Shown here: in pieces, positions 9,801-18,855 of the stretch
Layout: the number at the start of each line of letters is the position of its first letter
How positions within the stretch are numbered: the first letter of the stretch is position 1
From: Poseidonia sp.
Lineage (GTDB): Archaea; Thermoplasmatota; Poseidoniia; Poseidoniales; Poseidoniaceae
Direction of reading: 5' to 3'
Length of the DNA: 64,000 nt
Assembly: GCA_016779705.1 (NCBI GenBank)
Contig: JADHNB010000002.1
Coordinates: 1,017 to 65,016, forward strand
Notes under the pieces: model-generated
Databases searched by the model: none
What the model was told of the DNA's origin: nothing
What the model saw: only the letters and a program-made list of their open reading frames with translations
Program-made: the position numbers and the translations under genes

Positions 9801-9937
9801 GCCTCGCTCCCCTCACCCATCCAATGGACGGTGATGTCAACCGTCACGGGGCCGGGGTGTTCAGCGACCACCGGGGCAAGGGAGGTCAACATGAGCACAC
9901 ACAACGCAGCCGCCAGCGCCCGACGCGAGGGATTCAT
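6857..9937 (-). CDS. Large secreted surface protein with C-terminal TM anchor (hypothetical)
   Basis: 1026 aa. Signal-peptide-like N-terminus MNPSRRALAAALCVLMLTSLAPVVAEH. Long Thr/Val/Gly/Asp-rich beta-type ectodomain with Ig-like segments near the C-terminus. Final helix WLYTVLGAVLVVGALVVLAIMW followed by RRQEGGG. Confidence 0.7.
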   Translation of the reverse strand: MNPSRRALAAALCVLMLTSLAPVVAEHPGPVTVDITVHWMGEGSEANAHAYLLTFGDNGTYGVDVLLDHRRNGSALSASHSLEWGSTGGVRTALVTFNTSLQWGDEIDVVVSVTQHDGVPVDVEAERHLLVGQWNQPMADHEVLLSTAWSLEQAYDNITGPQRFALAFTGQGWQERVGDVLHSSELGNGTFETLESTTDGQTDLALVLTQVWKNETIVAGILTHQVFDARGFGSLETVLVDGQTETVIQADVSQAVLNRSFAEGLIGERLLLEATGSLNVTEESDDNNSLAIDGELSVFFFEYVDSGGVRVLQHTQFEAMADFVLVDDGTRLDVSLDGFSSLDRWENGVRTEQLEELYGTGTFGFSDQDENASLQVNGTILDLHTKVEDGVTTIDDLHVDGVLTGDVQGSFGVVRGIETTGMQTNATGEAFLVNVIFQESWFNLTGINGGNFFGGAGLGATHNQTWDYQAVNADWDNRTVRLVWRETGPDASEGEEFPERSPIQQNATAPVSEEGLGDVTVGRETGLMPIPLATNDRLRLNDQEGLSLTIYAGERLTETRDGHNLAVIAWNGVYGGTGEAGSASGTLVSVGPLSGLLSGVERNVSLPFGSSNETVMLRETQHLERVLSPEIVSADNNTAPNIGTIELREGVVVGEGGSVAHLEVTVSDAEWNVVEVLVDASSFGAGQLVLNDRGLDGDQSVGDDVYSTTVVVTGLEVGAFPVTVTSTDSFGVTSQQEGAVTILNQGPRLLWVELAPGELERGQSLVVNARVYDGHGVESVRLDLRSFGGEMVNLTLTDGVWAAMVALPSGVSPGDQALTLVVEDTLGASNTFQTYIVAQGDIGDPVLGPHHVNVASLEPIVVRVLNDRPTITTTPTTVAKSLDEPIVYTVEVNDPDGIERVQISLGVYAPVGQTSWVTMHDDGQSGGDAEAGDGRYSVLLSVREGTPLGTHEVTVRSFDVFGEMNSASAAIVLVAEDEGGETPTSPGGWLYTVLGAVLVVGALVVLAIMWRRQEGGGDGHDRFGMQ

Positions 9938-9988
9938 GAGAGGAATGTGGGGGCGGTCCCCTTCAAGACTTTGGGAGCGTTGTACCGC

Positions 9989-10948
9989 TTAAAGGTCCAA
10001 AACATAGCCGAACATCAGCGGCAACACGATGCTGGCATCGCTTTGAATGTTGAAGCGTGGCGTGTGCGCTCCGAGTTTGCCCCACGTGATTTTTTCGTTG
10101 GGCGGAGCGCCTGAATAACCGCCGTAGGACGCCGTGGCGTCCGTGATCTGAGCAAACCAAGACCAAAGCGGCACATCGGTTTCGCCCAAATCTTGGTGAA
10201 GCAACGGGACCACACAAATCGGGAAGTCGCCGGCAATGCCACCGCCCGCTTGGAAAAAGGCCAGGGGGCAGCCTGCTTGACGGTAGAAGGTCATCAACGC
10301 TGTCATGTAATGAACGCCGCCCAGGACGGCCTCGGGCTGTATGCGTCCTTCCGAGCACCGGGCGGCGAAGATGTTCCCGAGCGTGGAATCCTCCCAACCG
10401 GGGACGAAGAGGGGGAGGTTCACTTCGGCCGCAGCGAGCAACCATGAATTGGCCGGGTCGGCCTGGTAGGCATCGACCAAATCGCCCGACAACAACAGGC
10501 GATAGAGGAATTCGTGAGGAAGCGCGGGTGTGCCGTTGACCGAAGCCTCCTCCCACAAGGCGAGGACATGAGCCTCAATCGCCCGAATGGCTTCCTCCTC
10601 GGGGATGCACGTATCGGTGACGCGATTGAGGTGTCGATTGAGCAGCGCCACCTCGTCCGCCGGACCGAGGTCCTCGTAGTTCGGAACGCGCACGTAATGG
10701 TCATGGGCCACGAGGTTGAACACGTCTTCTTCGAGGTTGGCGCCGGTGCAGGATATGGCGGCAACGTGGCCGGTTCGAATCATGTCGGCGAGGCTGCGTC
10801 CAATTTCAGCCGTGCTCATGGCGCCGGCCAGCGTGAGGAAGATTTTCCCCCCCGAGTTGAGCATGTTCAACAGCGACTCGCTGGCTCGTTGTACCGTTCC
10901 TGCGTTAAAGTGCCGATAGTGTTCGTTGATGAACTCACGAACACCCAT
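9989..10948 (-). CDS. dhs: Deoxyhypusine synthase family protein
   Basis: 319 aa. FLTLAGAMSTAEIGRSLADMIRTGHVAAISCTGANLEEDVFNLV resembles the DHS/DHS-like NAD-binding core. It lies 4 nt downstream of speD. Confidence 0.7.
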   Translation of the reverse strand: MGVREFINEHYRHFNAGTVQRASESLLNMLNSGGKIFLTLAGAMSTAEIGRSLADMIRTGHVAAISCTGANLEEDVFNLVAHDHYVRVPNYEDLGPADEVALLNRHLNRVTDTCIPEEEAIRAIEAHVLALWEEASVNGTPALPHEFLYRLLLSGDLVDAYQADPANSWLLAAAEVNLPLFVPGWEDSTLGNIFAARCSEGRIQPEAVLGGVHYMTALMTFYRQAGCPLAFFQAGGGIAGDFPICVVPLLHQDLGETDVPLWSWFAQITDATASYGGYSGAPPNEKITWGKLGAHTPRFNIQSDASIVLPLMFGYVLDL

Positions 10949-10952
10949 GCGA

Positions 10953-11366
10953 TCAAGCTCCGGTCAAAAATCGGTTCACCCTGTCCCGCCGCACGGCATT
11001 GAGGCCAGGAGCACCTTCCATGAGCCCTTGGTGGATGTAATCGGCAATCTGACCGGGGTCGGTGTCGCCGCAAGTGAAGCAATCCAGCGCCAACATGCCT
11101 CGGTCAGCGTAGTGGTGGGCGGTGATGTGGCTCTCGTCGATCAGCACCACGGCAGCAAAGCCTGGAGGGGAGGTCGAACCGTCAAATGGAACGACATGAG
11201 CATGCACCTCGGTTGCGGGACTCTGAGCCACCGCCGCTCGCATGATGGAAAGCACCCATTCATGGGCATCGGACATCTCAAAAAACGCCTCGGTGTAGTC
11301 CATGAAGACATGGGCTCCTCGAATACGGTGTGCAGACACGGTACCACCCTGCGCTCCGCCGCACAC
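10953..11366 (-). CDS. speD: Pyruvoyl-dependent S-adenosylmethionine decarboxylase proenzyme (SpeH/SpeD class; an arginine decarboxylase paralogue is not excluded)
   Basis: 137 aa. VVLIDESHITAHHYADRGMLALDCFTCGD contains the self-cleavage E-S site and the conserved CG block. Confidence 0.7.
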   Translation of the reverse strand: MCGGAQGGTVSAHRIRGAHVFMDYTEAFFEMSDAHEWVLSIMRAAVAQSPATEVHAHVVPFDGSTSPPGFAAVVLIDESHITAHHYADRGMLALDCFTCGDTDPGQIADYIHQGLMEGAPGLNAVRRDRVNRFLTGA

Positions 11367-11372
11367 TTCCGC

Positions 11373-12392
11373 TTAAGAACGTGCCGAAAATTCCACTCCT
11401 TTCTGTGCTGAAAAAAAGGTTGACTGCGCTCCATCGGCTCGATTTTCGTTCGCGGCGTGCCAACGGCCTTCTTGCCTCGCCAGCACGTGAGATGCCAGAA
11501 TCTTCGTGGCAAGGCACGCAGCGGTGAACTGGGTCAGTGGAGTGTCTTCTTGGGCCACGATTTCGTTCACGTCAGCACTGATCACGACCACGTTGGGGTT
11601 TGAAAACAAGGCTTCGATGGTCTCCACCGCCTGCCAATAGGACAGCCCCCCTGGAACCGGTGTACCAGTGGCCGGGACGAGGGCTCCGTCAAGGCCATCG
11701 ATGTCCAGCGTGAAGTGAACCGGCCCCGAGAGGTTTGCCAAACATTGGAGCCAGCGCCCCCACGCTTCGCCTCCAGTGTGAGGATGCTGCGTGTCCTTGG
11801 CGAAGAAGGTCGTGATGCGTTTATCGCTCTCAATTCGCCTTGCTTCTTCTTGGCTGTAGGCTCGAATGCCGGCTTGATAAAGGGCTCCAACACCAACATC
11901 AAGGCTTCGAGCGGCGGCGCAGGCGTGCGAAAACGGTTCGCCGTCCAATTCAGACCGGAGGTCCGCGTGGGCGTCGAGCTGAACCACGGTCAACCTCGAG
12001 AGGTCACCGTTGAGTACAGGGTGGGATTTGGCCGCTTGCATCAGCGCAGGGAGGATACCGTGCTCACCGCCAAGAAACAGCGGGAAGAGGCGCCCGTTGT
12101 AAAACGGCCGCGCGTGGTCGACCATCTCATCAAGTTGCGCCAATAACGTTGGGGCTGAGCCCTCCCACACGGGTTCGGTGTGCAACACGAGGCCCGCTGG
12201 GAGGTCAGCACCCAAGCGGTCGTCGTACAATTCCACCTGGGCGCTCGCATCGACACAGGCCTGTGGCCCGTCCACGGCTCCCGTCCCGTAGGACGTGGTC
12301 AGCTCGTACGCCAACGGGACAACCGCCATGTCGGCCGGTCCTTTCCCCCGAGCCAGACCAAGAAACTGATCCGCCTCAAACGCCACCGACAT
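11373..12392 (-). CDS. speB: Agmatinase/ureohydrolase family protein
   Basis: 339 aa. Mn-ligand blocks LFLGGEHGI, VQLDAHADLR and FTLDIDGLDGALVPATGTPVPGGLS. Confidence 0.75.
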   Translation of the reverse strand: MSVAFEADQFLGLARGKGPADMAVVPLAYELTTSYGTGAVDGPQACVDASAQVELYDDRLGADLPAGLVLHTEPVWEGSAPTLLAQLDEMVDHARPFYNGRLFPLFLGGEHGILPALMQAAKSHPVLNGDLSRLTVVQLDAHADLRSELDGEPFSHACAAARSLDVGVGALYQAGIRAYSQEEARRIESDKRITTFFAKDTQHPHTGGEAWGRWLQCLANLSGPVHFTLDIDGLDGALVPATGTPVPGGLSYWQAVETIEALFSNPNVVVISADVNEIVAQEDTPLTQFTAACLATKILASHVLARQEGRWHAANENRADGAQSTFFSAQKGVEFSARS

Positions 12393-12561
12393 GGTGACTT
12401 CCTGCCGTCGCCACCTTCATCATCTTGCCGATGTTACGGTGACCGAAATCGGTCCGAAAGGGCTGGATTCATGAAAAACCGAGGAACAGTTAATATGGGT
12501 CGGTGACCAATATACAATAGCAACGGGGACCAAAAAGCGGTCGCCGGCCGGGGGAAAAAGG

Positions 12562-12981
12562 ATGGGCATGACACTCGCAGAATTGACTCAAGCAATTCAA
12601 CAACACATTGATGAAAACATGGATACGGAAGTCGCCCAAGGCATGGCCGAGCATGCGCTCGGGTTCTTTGGATTCTACAACCGAATCATTGACAACGCCT
12701 TAGAACCGACGGACCGTAACCTGTTCTACATGTTCCAAGACTATGACTTGCTCACGACCGAATCCGAAGAGACCACCCTATGGGACGGTCGTGAATGGCG
12801 TATCCACTATTGGAAATTCAAGCCCGATCTTCGAGACCGAGTCGAAGCCTACATGCAACGAAACCTGCAAGATGAGGAAGCTGACCCCTTCGCCGACATT
12901 TATGCCGGTGACGGCGCCAGCATTTGGACCCGTGAAGGCGAGAAGGTGGCCAACCCGAACGCCTTCACCTCCGATTGGTGA
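12562..12981 (+). CDS. Hypothetical acidic cytoplasmic protein
   Basis: 139-aa ORF with the codon bias of its neighbours. No motif recognised. Ends ..NPNAFTSDW. Confidence 0.5.
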   Translation: MGMTLAELTQAIQQHIDENMDTEVAQGMAEHALGFFGFYNRIIDNALEPTDRNLFYMFQDYDLLTTESEETTLWDGREWRIHYWKFKPDLRDRVEAYMQRNLQDEEADPFADIYAGDGASIWTREGEKVANPNAFTSDW

Positions 12982-13028
12982 CGCTCCCTCATGCAAGCGT
13001 TTTTCATTCGCAGCCATAAGGCCCCGTC

Positions 13029-14396
13029 ATGCGAGTAGCCATCGGCTTGGTTGTTTGCATGCTGTTGGCGGCCCTTCCGCCCGCCGCCGCTCAGTACGAC
13101 CCAACGCAAACGCCGGTGTGGCCCGGCGACCCCATCGACAGCCATGTTCACCTGACGTGGGCAGCGTTAACCCTCGACGTGAACAATTGGGCGGATGAAC
13201 ACCCCGACATCGTGGATTTGACCAGCGCCGGCCAATCCGAACTCGGAAAAACGCTCTGGGTGGTCCGATTGTCGGACTGGTCCATCGACACCAAAGCCAA
13301 CGGGTCAGCGAAAGAAATCGTGTACATCGATGGCGGCCATCACGGCAACGAATACTTGGGGACGGCCCTGGCCTACCTCACGGCCAAATGGTACATCAAC
13401 GCCTGGAGTGAAGGCAACGAAGAAGCCGTGGCGGTGCTTCAAAACACGGAACTGCACATCCTCATCATGCTCAACCCTGACGGAAACGACATCGACACGC
13501 GCTGGAACATCAATCAAGTGGACCTCAATCGAAACTACAACCACTACTGGAACACCTGTCCCACCACCCAACCCGGCAGCAGCGCCTTCAGCGAATCGGA
13601 AACCGCTTCAAATTCGGATTACATGAACACCTATGTCACGGATGCCGACCTCTACGTCACCATGCACACCGGCGTGTGGATCATGCTCTACCCGTGGGGG
13701 AAATGGCCCGAACAACCGCCCGACTGGGAATTGTTTTGGCGAATCCGAGAGGATGTTCAAGCCAACGTCACCGATATTCCCATCCAAAACGCCAACCAAG
13801 GACTCTATCCGAACTGCGGGACGAGTCGAGATTACGGCTACGGTCACATGGGCTTTCCGACCTTTACGTTTGAGACGGACGACGAGCAATTTGTCCCCGG
13901 TAGCTTTGAAGCCCTCAACGAGCGGCTGGAGGAAGAGATGAACGTCATGCGCTACCTCATCAACAACGTGTGGTATTGGCGCGCCCGCCTCGACGTTCAG
14001 TCCATCACGATGGAGGATGAACGCCTGACCCTCGAGGTCGTCAATCACGGCAGAGCGTCCACCGCCAACGCCAGCTTGGAACACCTCAACGCCGCTGGTG
14101 AAGTCGTGTGGGCCTCACCGATGTTTACGGTCAACGCCAGCAACGCCACGAACGTCGCCTTTGACGTGAACAAGGACCGGTTCGAGATGGACGGTACATG
14201 GAACTTGAACTACCAAAAGCGCGTCATCGACGCCGCCGTTTGGGTGAACGAAACCGTTGATTCAAACGTGTCAATGGTGGTGGTTGAGGACGAGGGAGGC
14301 TTCCTGGTCGGCTACGGATTGTTCAATCCGCTCACCGTCATCGTCGGAATGCTGGGCGTGAGTCTCTTGATTCGGCGAGAAGACGAACATGTTTGA
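13029..14396 (+). CDS. Secreted M14-family zinc carboxypeptidase with C-terminal TM anchor
   Basis: Signal peptide MRVAIGLVVCMLLAALPPAAAQ. M14 motifs GGHHGNEYLG (HxxE), LNPDGND and VDLNRNY. C-terminal helix LFNPLTVIVGMLGVSLLI. Confidence 0.8.
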   Translation: MRVAIGLVVCMLLAALPPAAAQYDPTQTPVWPGDPIDSHVHLTWAALTLDVNNWADEHPDIVDLTSAGQSELGKTLWVVRLSDWSIDTKANGSAKEIVYIDGGHHGNEYLGTALAYLTAKWYINAWSEGNEEAVAVLQNTELHILIMLNPDGNDIDTRWNINQVDLNRNYNHYWNTCPTTQPGSSAFSESETASNSDYMNTYVTDADLYVTMHTGVWIMLYPWGKWPEQPPDWELFWRIREDVQANVTDIPIQNANQGLYPNCGTSRDYGYGHMGFPTFTFETDDEQFVPGSFEALNERLEEEMNVMRYLINNVWYWRARLDVQSITMEDERLTLEVVNHGRASTANASLEHLNAAGEVVWASPMFTVNASNATNVAFDVNKDRFEMDGTWNLNYQKRVIDAAVWVNETVDSNVSMVVVEDEGGFLVGYGLFNPLTVIVGMLGVSLLIRREDEHV

Positions 14397-14544
14397 GCGC
14401 CTTCGGGCCCTTGCCACGGGCTCCGTCCCGTATCATGACCGCAAGGGAGATTCGCTCAAACGGGTCGGGAGTTGGACAAATCTTCCAAACGAAGGGCTGG
14501 GAGGGTTGAAGTGGGAGAAATCCTTGGCGTGGGTCGGTGAAACC

Positions 14545-16038
14545 ATGCAAGTGACCATCAGTTCAGGCAACAACATCAACGGAACGCTCGTCCTTCCCCT
14601 GTTTGAAGGCGAAGAAGCCCTCCCAGCGGATGTCGGCGGCATCCCAGCAGCCCTCAAGGGCCAAATCGACCGTGTGCTCGGGGATGGCGATTTCAAGGCC
14701 AAAGCCAATTCGACGATGACCCTGATGGGTACCGACGGCGGTAAAGCGATGCTGATTGGGCTTGGCAAAGCCAACAAGGTCGATGTCCATGGCTACCGGG
14801 ACGCTGGTGCTACCGTGGTGGCTTCCCTCGAGAAGGTTCACGGCGACGAATTGACGGTCCTCTTCCACGACGCCGATGTCCAAAGCATGGCGGCCTTCGG
14901 TGAGGGCATGATGCTGCGCGACTACCGTTACGACCTTTACAAGAAGAAGGACGAAGACGAAGAGGACACCAACCTCGCCGCTCGCATCAACTGCAGCGAA
15001 GGCGACGCCAGTGCCCTTTCCGCACTCATCGAGAAGGCCGCCGCCGTGACCAGCGGTGTTCACCTCTCCCGAGACCTCGGCAACTGCCCGCCCAACGACA
15101 TGTACCCCATGGCCTTCGCTGAAAAAGCCGAAAAATGGGCCAAGGAATACGACAACGTCAAGGTCGACGTCATCGATTACGATGCCGCCATTCGCCACGG
15201 CATGGGCGGTTTGGTCGCCGTGGGGATGGGCTCGGCCCGAAAACCCTGCATGGTGATCTTCACCCTCAACGGCGAAAAAGCCGGGCGACACCCCGTGCTC
15301 GTGGGCAAGGGCATCACCTTTGATACGGGCGGCATCTCCCTCAAGCCCGGGGCCAACATGGACGAGATGAAGTACGATATGGGCGGCTCCGCCACGGTTT
15401 TCGGAACCATGCAAGCTCTGGCAGCCAGCGGCCATGATGGAAAGGTGGTCGGCATCACCTGCATGGCCGAAAACATGCCCTCGTCCAACGCCCAGCGGCC
15501 CGGTGACGTGATCACCACCCTCTCGGGCAAGACCATTGAAGTCCTCAACACCGACGCTGAAGGGCGCTTGGTGCTCTCGGACGGGCTTTGGAAAGCCGGC
15601 ACCGATTTCGACCCCGAGTACATCGTTGATTTCGCCACCCTCACGGGCGCTTGCGTGGTGGCCCTGGGCCACGAAGCCACGGGCCTGTGGTCCAACGATG
15701 ACGAGTTCCGTGGACGCCTTCACGAGACCAGCAAGTCGGTGGGCGAACTTGCCTGGCCCATGCCGCTCCTTCCGGCCTTCGAGAAGGAAATGACGGACTC
15801 CAAGATCGCCGACACCCGAAACTTGGGATCCGGCCGCTGGGGCGGCGCCAACACGGCCGCTGCCTTCCTCAAGCAGTTCGTTCCCAATCGCGGTGAAGGC
15901 GAAGATGCGGAACAAATCACCTGGGCTCACATGGACATTGCGGGAACGTATTGGGGGGCCAAGACCAACAAAATGGTCGGCCACGGTGCCACCGGCATCC
16001 ACGTTCGCACCATGGTTGAATTCATCACCAAAAAGTGA
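14545..16038 (+). CDS. pepA: Leucyl aminopeptidase (M17)
   Basis: VGKGITFDTGGISLKP, NTDAEGRLVLSD and TLTGAC. I chose the start at ATG 14545 (MQVTISSG); the track start at 14389 adds an implausible 52 aa. Confidence 0.85.
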   Translation: MQVTISSGNNINGTLVLPLFEGEEALPADVGGIPAALKGQIDRVLGDGDFKAKANSTMTLMGTDGGKAMLIGLGKANKVDVHGYRDAGATVVASLEKVHGDELTVLFHDADVQSMAAFGEGMMLRDYRYDLYKKKDEDEEDTNLAARINCSEGDASALSALIEKAAAVTSGVHLSRDLGNCPPNDMYPMAFAEKAEKWAKEYDNVKVDVIDYDAAIRHGMGGLVAVGMGSARKPCMVIFTLNGEKAGRHPVLVGKGITFDTGGISLKPGANMDEMKYDMGGSATVFGTMQALAASGHDGKVVGITCMAENMPSSNAQRPGDVITTLSGKTIEVLNTDAEGRLVLSDGLWKAGTDFDPEYIVDFATLTGACVVALGHEATGLWSNDDEFRGRLHETSKSVGELAWPMPLLPAFEKEMTDSKIADTRNLGSGRWGGANTAAAFLKQFVPNRGEGEDAEQITWAHMDIAGTYWGAKTNKMVGHGATGIHVRTMVEFITKK

Positions 16039-16144
16039 TTTACGGCAACACGCTCCACGTTCTTGAACGAAGAACGGGACGAAACCATCGCTCCAGCGTG
16101 CCGAGAGGCTGCTTCGATCGTTAGGAGAAGTGTGCTGTTTTGAT

Positions 16145-16182
16145 TAGATTTATATGGGGTCGCTCGTTCGCCACTATACAAC
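16145..16182 (+). promoter_or_regulatory. AT-rich promoter region with two TATA-like elements upstream of the sHSP-like gene
   Basis: ATTTATAT at about 16148-16155 and ACTATACA at 16173-16180. The latter is centred about 30 nt before ATG 16207, which is compatible with a leaderless transcript. Confidence 0.35.
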
Positions 16183-16206
16183 CGATGGTAAAGTAGTGGT
16201 GGCATC

Positions 16207-16896
16207 ATGACGGACGATTCCTGGGAAGACGAGTTCCTCAACAAGTTGGAAGAGATGCTGAAGGGCATGGGCATGCCCATTTCTCGAAAGCAACTCAAAG
16301 GGTTCCTCACTCAATTCAAGGACCAATTCGATGCGATGGGCATCAACCCTGAGAAGATTGCCAAGGGCGAGGTCAACTTCAACTTCGACATTTCGGAACT
16401 GTCCAAAATGTTCTCGGCGGGATCGTCCATTGAAGACCTGCTCAAGAACCTGGGGATGGACGTGCGCGTGGACGTTGCCCCCGTGGAAATGGACCCCTCC
16501 GCACTGGAAACGGACGACGAAGATTCGTTGACCCTCCCCGCGGAGGACGTCTATCTGGACGGATGGAACATGTCCGTGACGCTCGACTTCGCCCTCAAAG
16601 GCGACATCGAGACCAACCAGCTCGAAATTGAACTCATCAAAAACGGGTCGCAAATTGAAATCATGCGCAGGACCCAACCCAAACCCTTGGCGTTGGTTGA
16701 ACTGCCCCATCCGTGCGACGACGTGGTGGATTGGACCCTCAACAACGGCATTCTCGACATCACCCTGAAATTGACGCCTCAAGGGAAGGCGTTGGAATCG
16801 GAGGATGACGATGACGTCCCTGCTACCGGGGACGTGAGCATCGACCTCGGTGACGATGACGATGACGAAGACGACGGTGGCATCCCCATCTTTTGA
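16207..16896 (+). CDS. Acidic protein with a C-terminal alpha-crystallin (Hsp20)-like domain
   Basis: 229 aa. DVYLDGWNMSVTLDF..IELIKNGSQIEIM..LPHPCDDVVDWTLNNGILDITLKL fits the ACD strand pattern. The poly-Asp tail ends in GGIPIF (an I-x-I type motif). It ends 16 nt upstream of dnaK. Confidence 0.55.
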   Translation: MTDDSWEDEFLNKLEEMLKGMGMPISRKQLKGFLTQFKDQFDAMGINPEKIAKGEVNFNFDISELSKMFSAGSSIEDLLKNLGMDVRVDVAPVEMDPSALETDDEDSLTLPAEDVYLDGWNMSVTLDFALKGDIETNQLEIELIKNGSQIEIMRRTQPKPLALVELPHPCDDVVDWTLNNGILDITLKLTPQGKALESEDDDDVPATGDVSIDLGDDDDDEDDGGIPIF

Positions 16897-16912
16897 AAGG
16901 AAGTGAACAAAC

Positions 16913-18796
<1,884 letters not shown>

Positions 18797-18855
18797 GGCA
18801 ACCACTCACCGGCCCCGGGCGTTTGCCTTATGGCTGGGTGGCAGGTGGCGCAACC

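Noticed and set aside
12405-12425. A possible C box (AUGAUGA on the minus strand) suggesting a C/D-box sRNA upstream of speB.
   Set aside because: There is no matching D box (CUGA) or terminal stem at a suitable distance. The downstream sequence is the speB coding region.
14563-16002. Very long ORFs antisense to confirmed genes. Examples: 14563..16002 versus pepA, 23357..24337 versus pyrG, 27998..29344 versus thrS, 25734..27026 versus the NAD-kinase-like gene, 8249..9391 and 61996..63372 versus surface proteins, 16823..17806 and 17867..18805 versus dnaK, 42884..44290, 48173..48988, 51687..52571, 56652..57551 and 21711..22649.
   Set aside because: The sense-strand genes have unambiguous family motifs. 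The antisense products are low-complexity and rich in Arg, Gly, His and Val, as expected from stop-codon depletion in high-GC DNA. No motifs were recognised.
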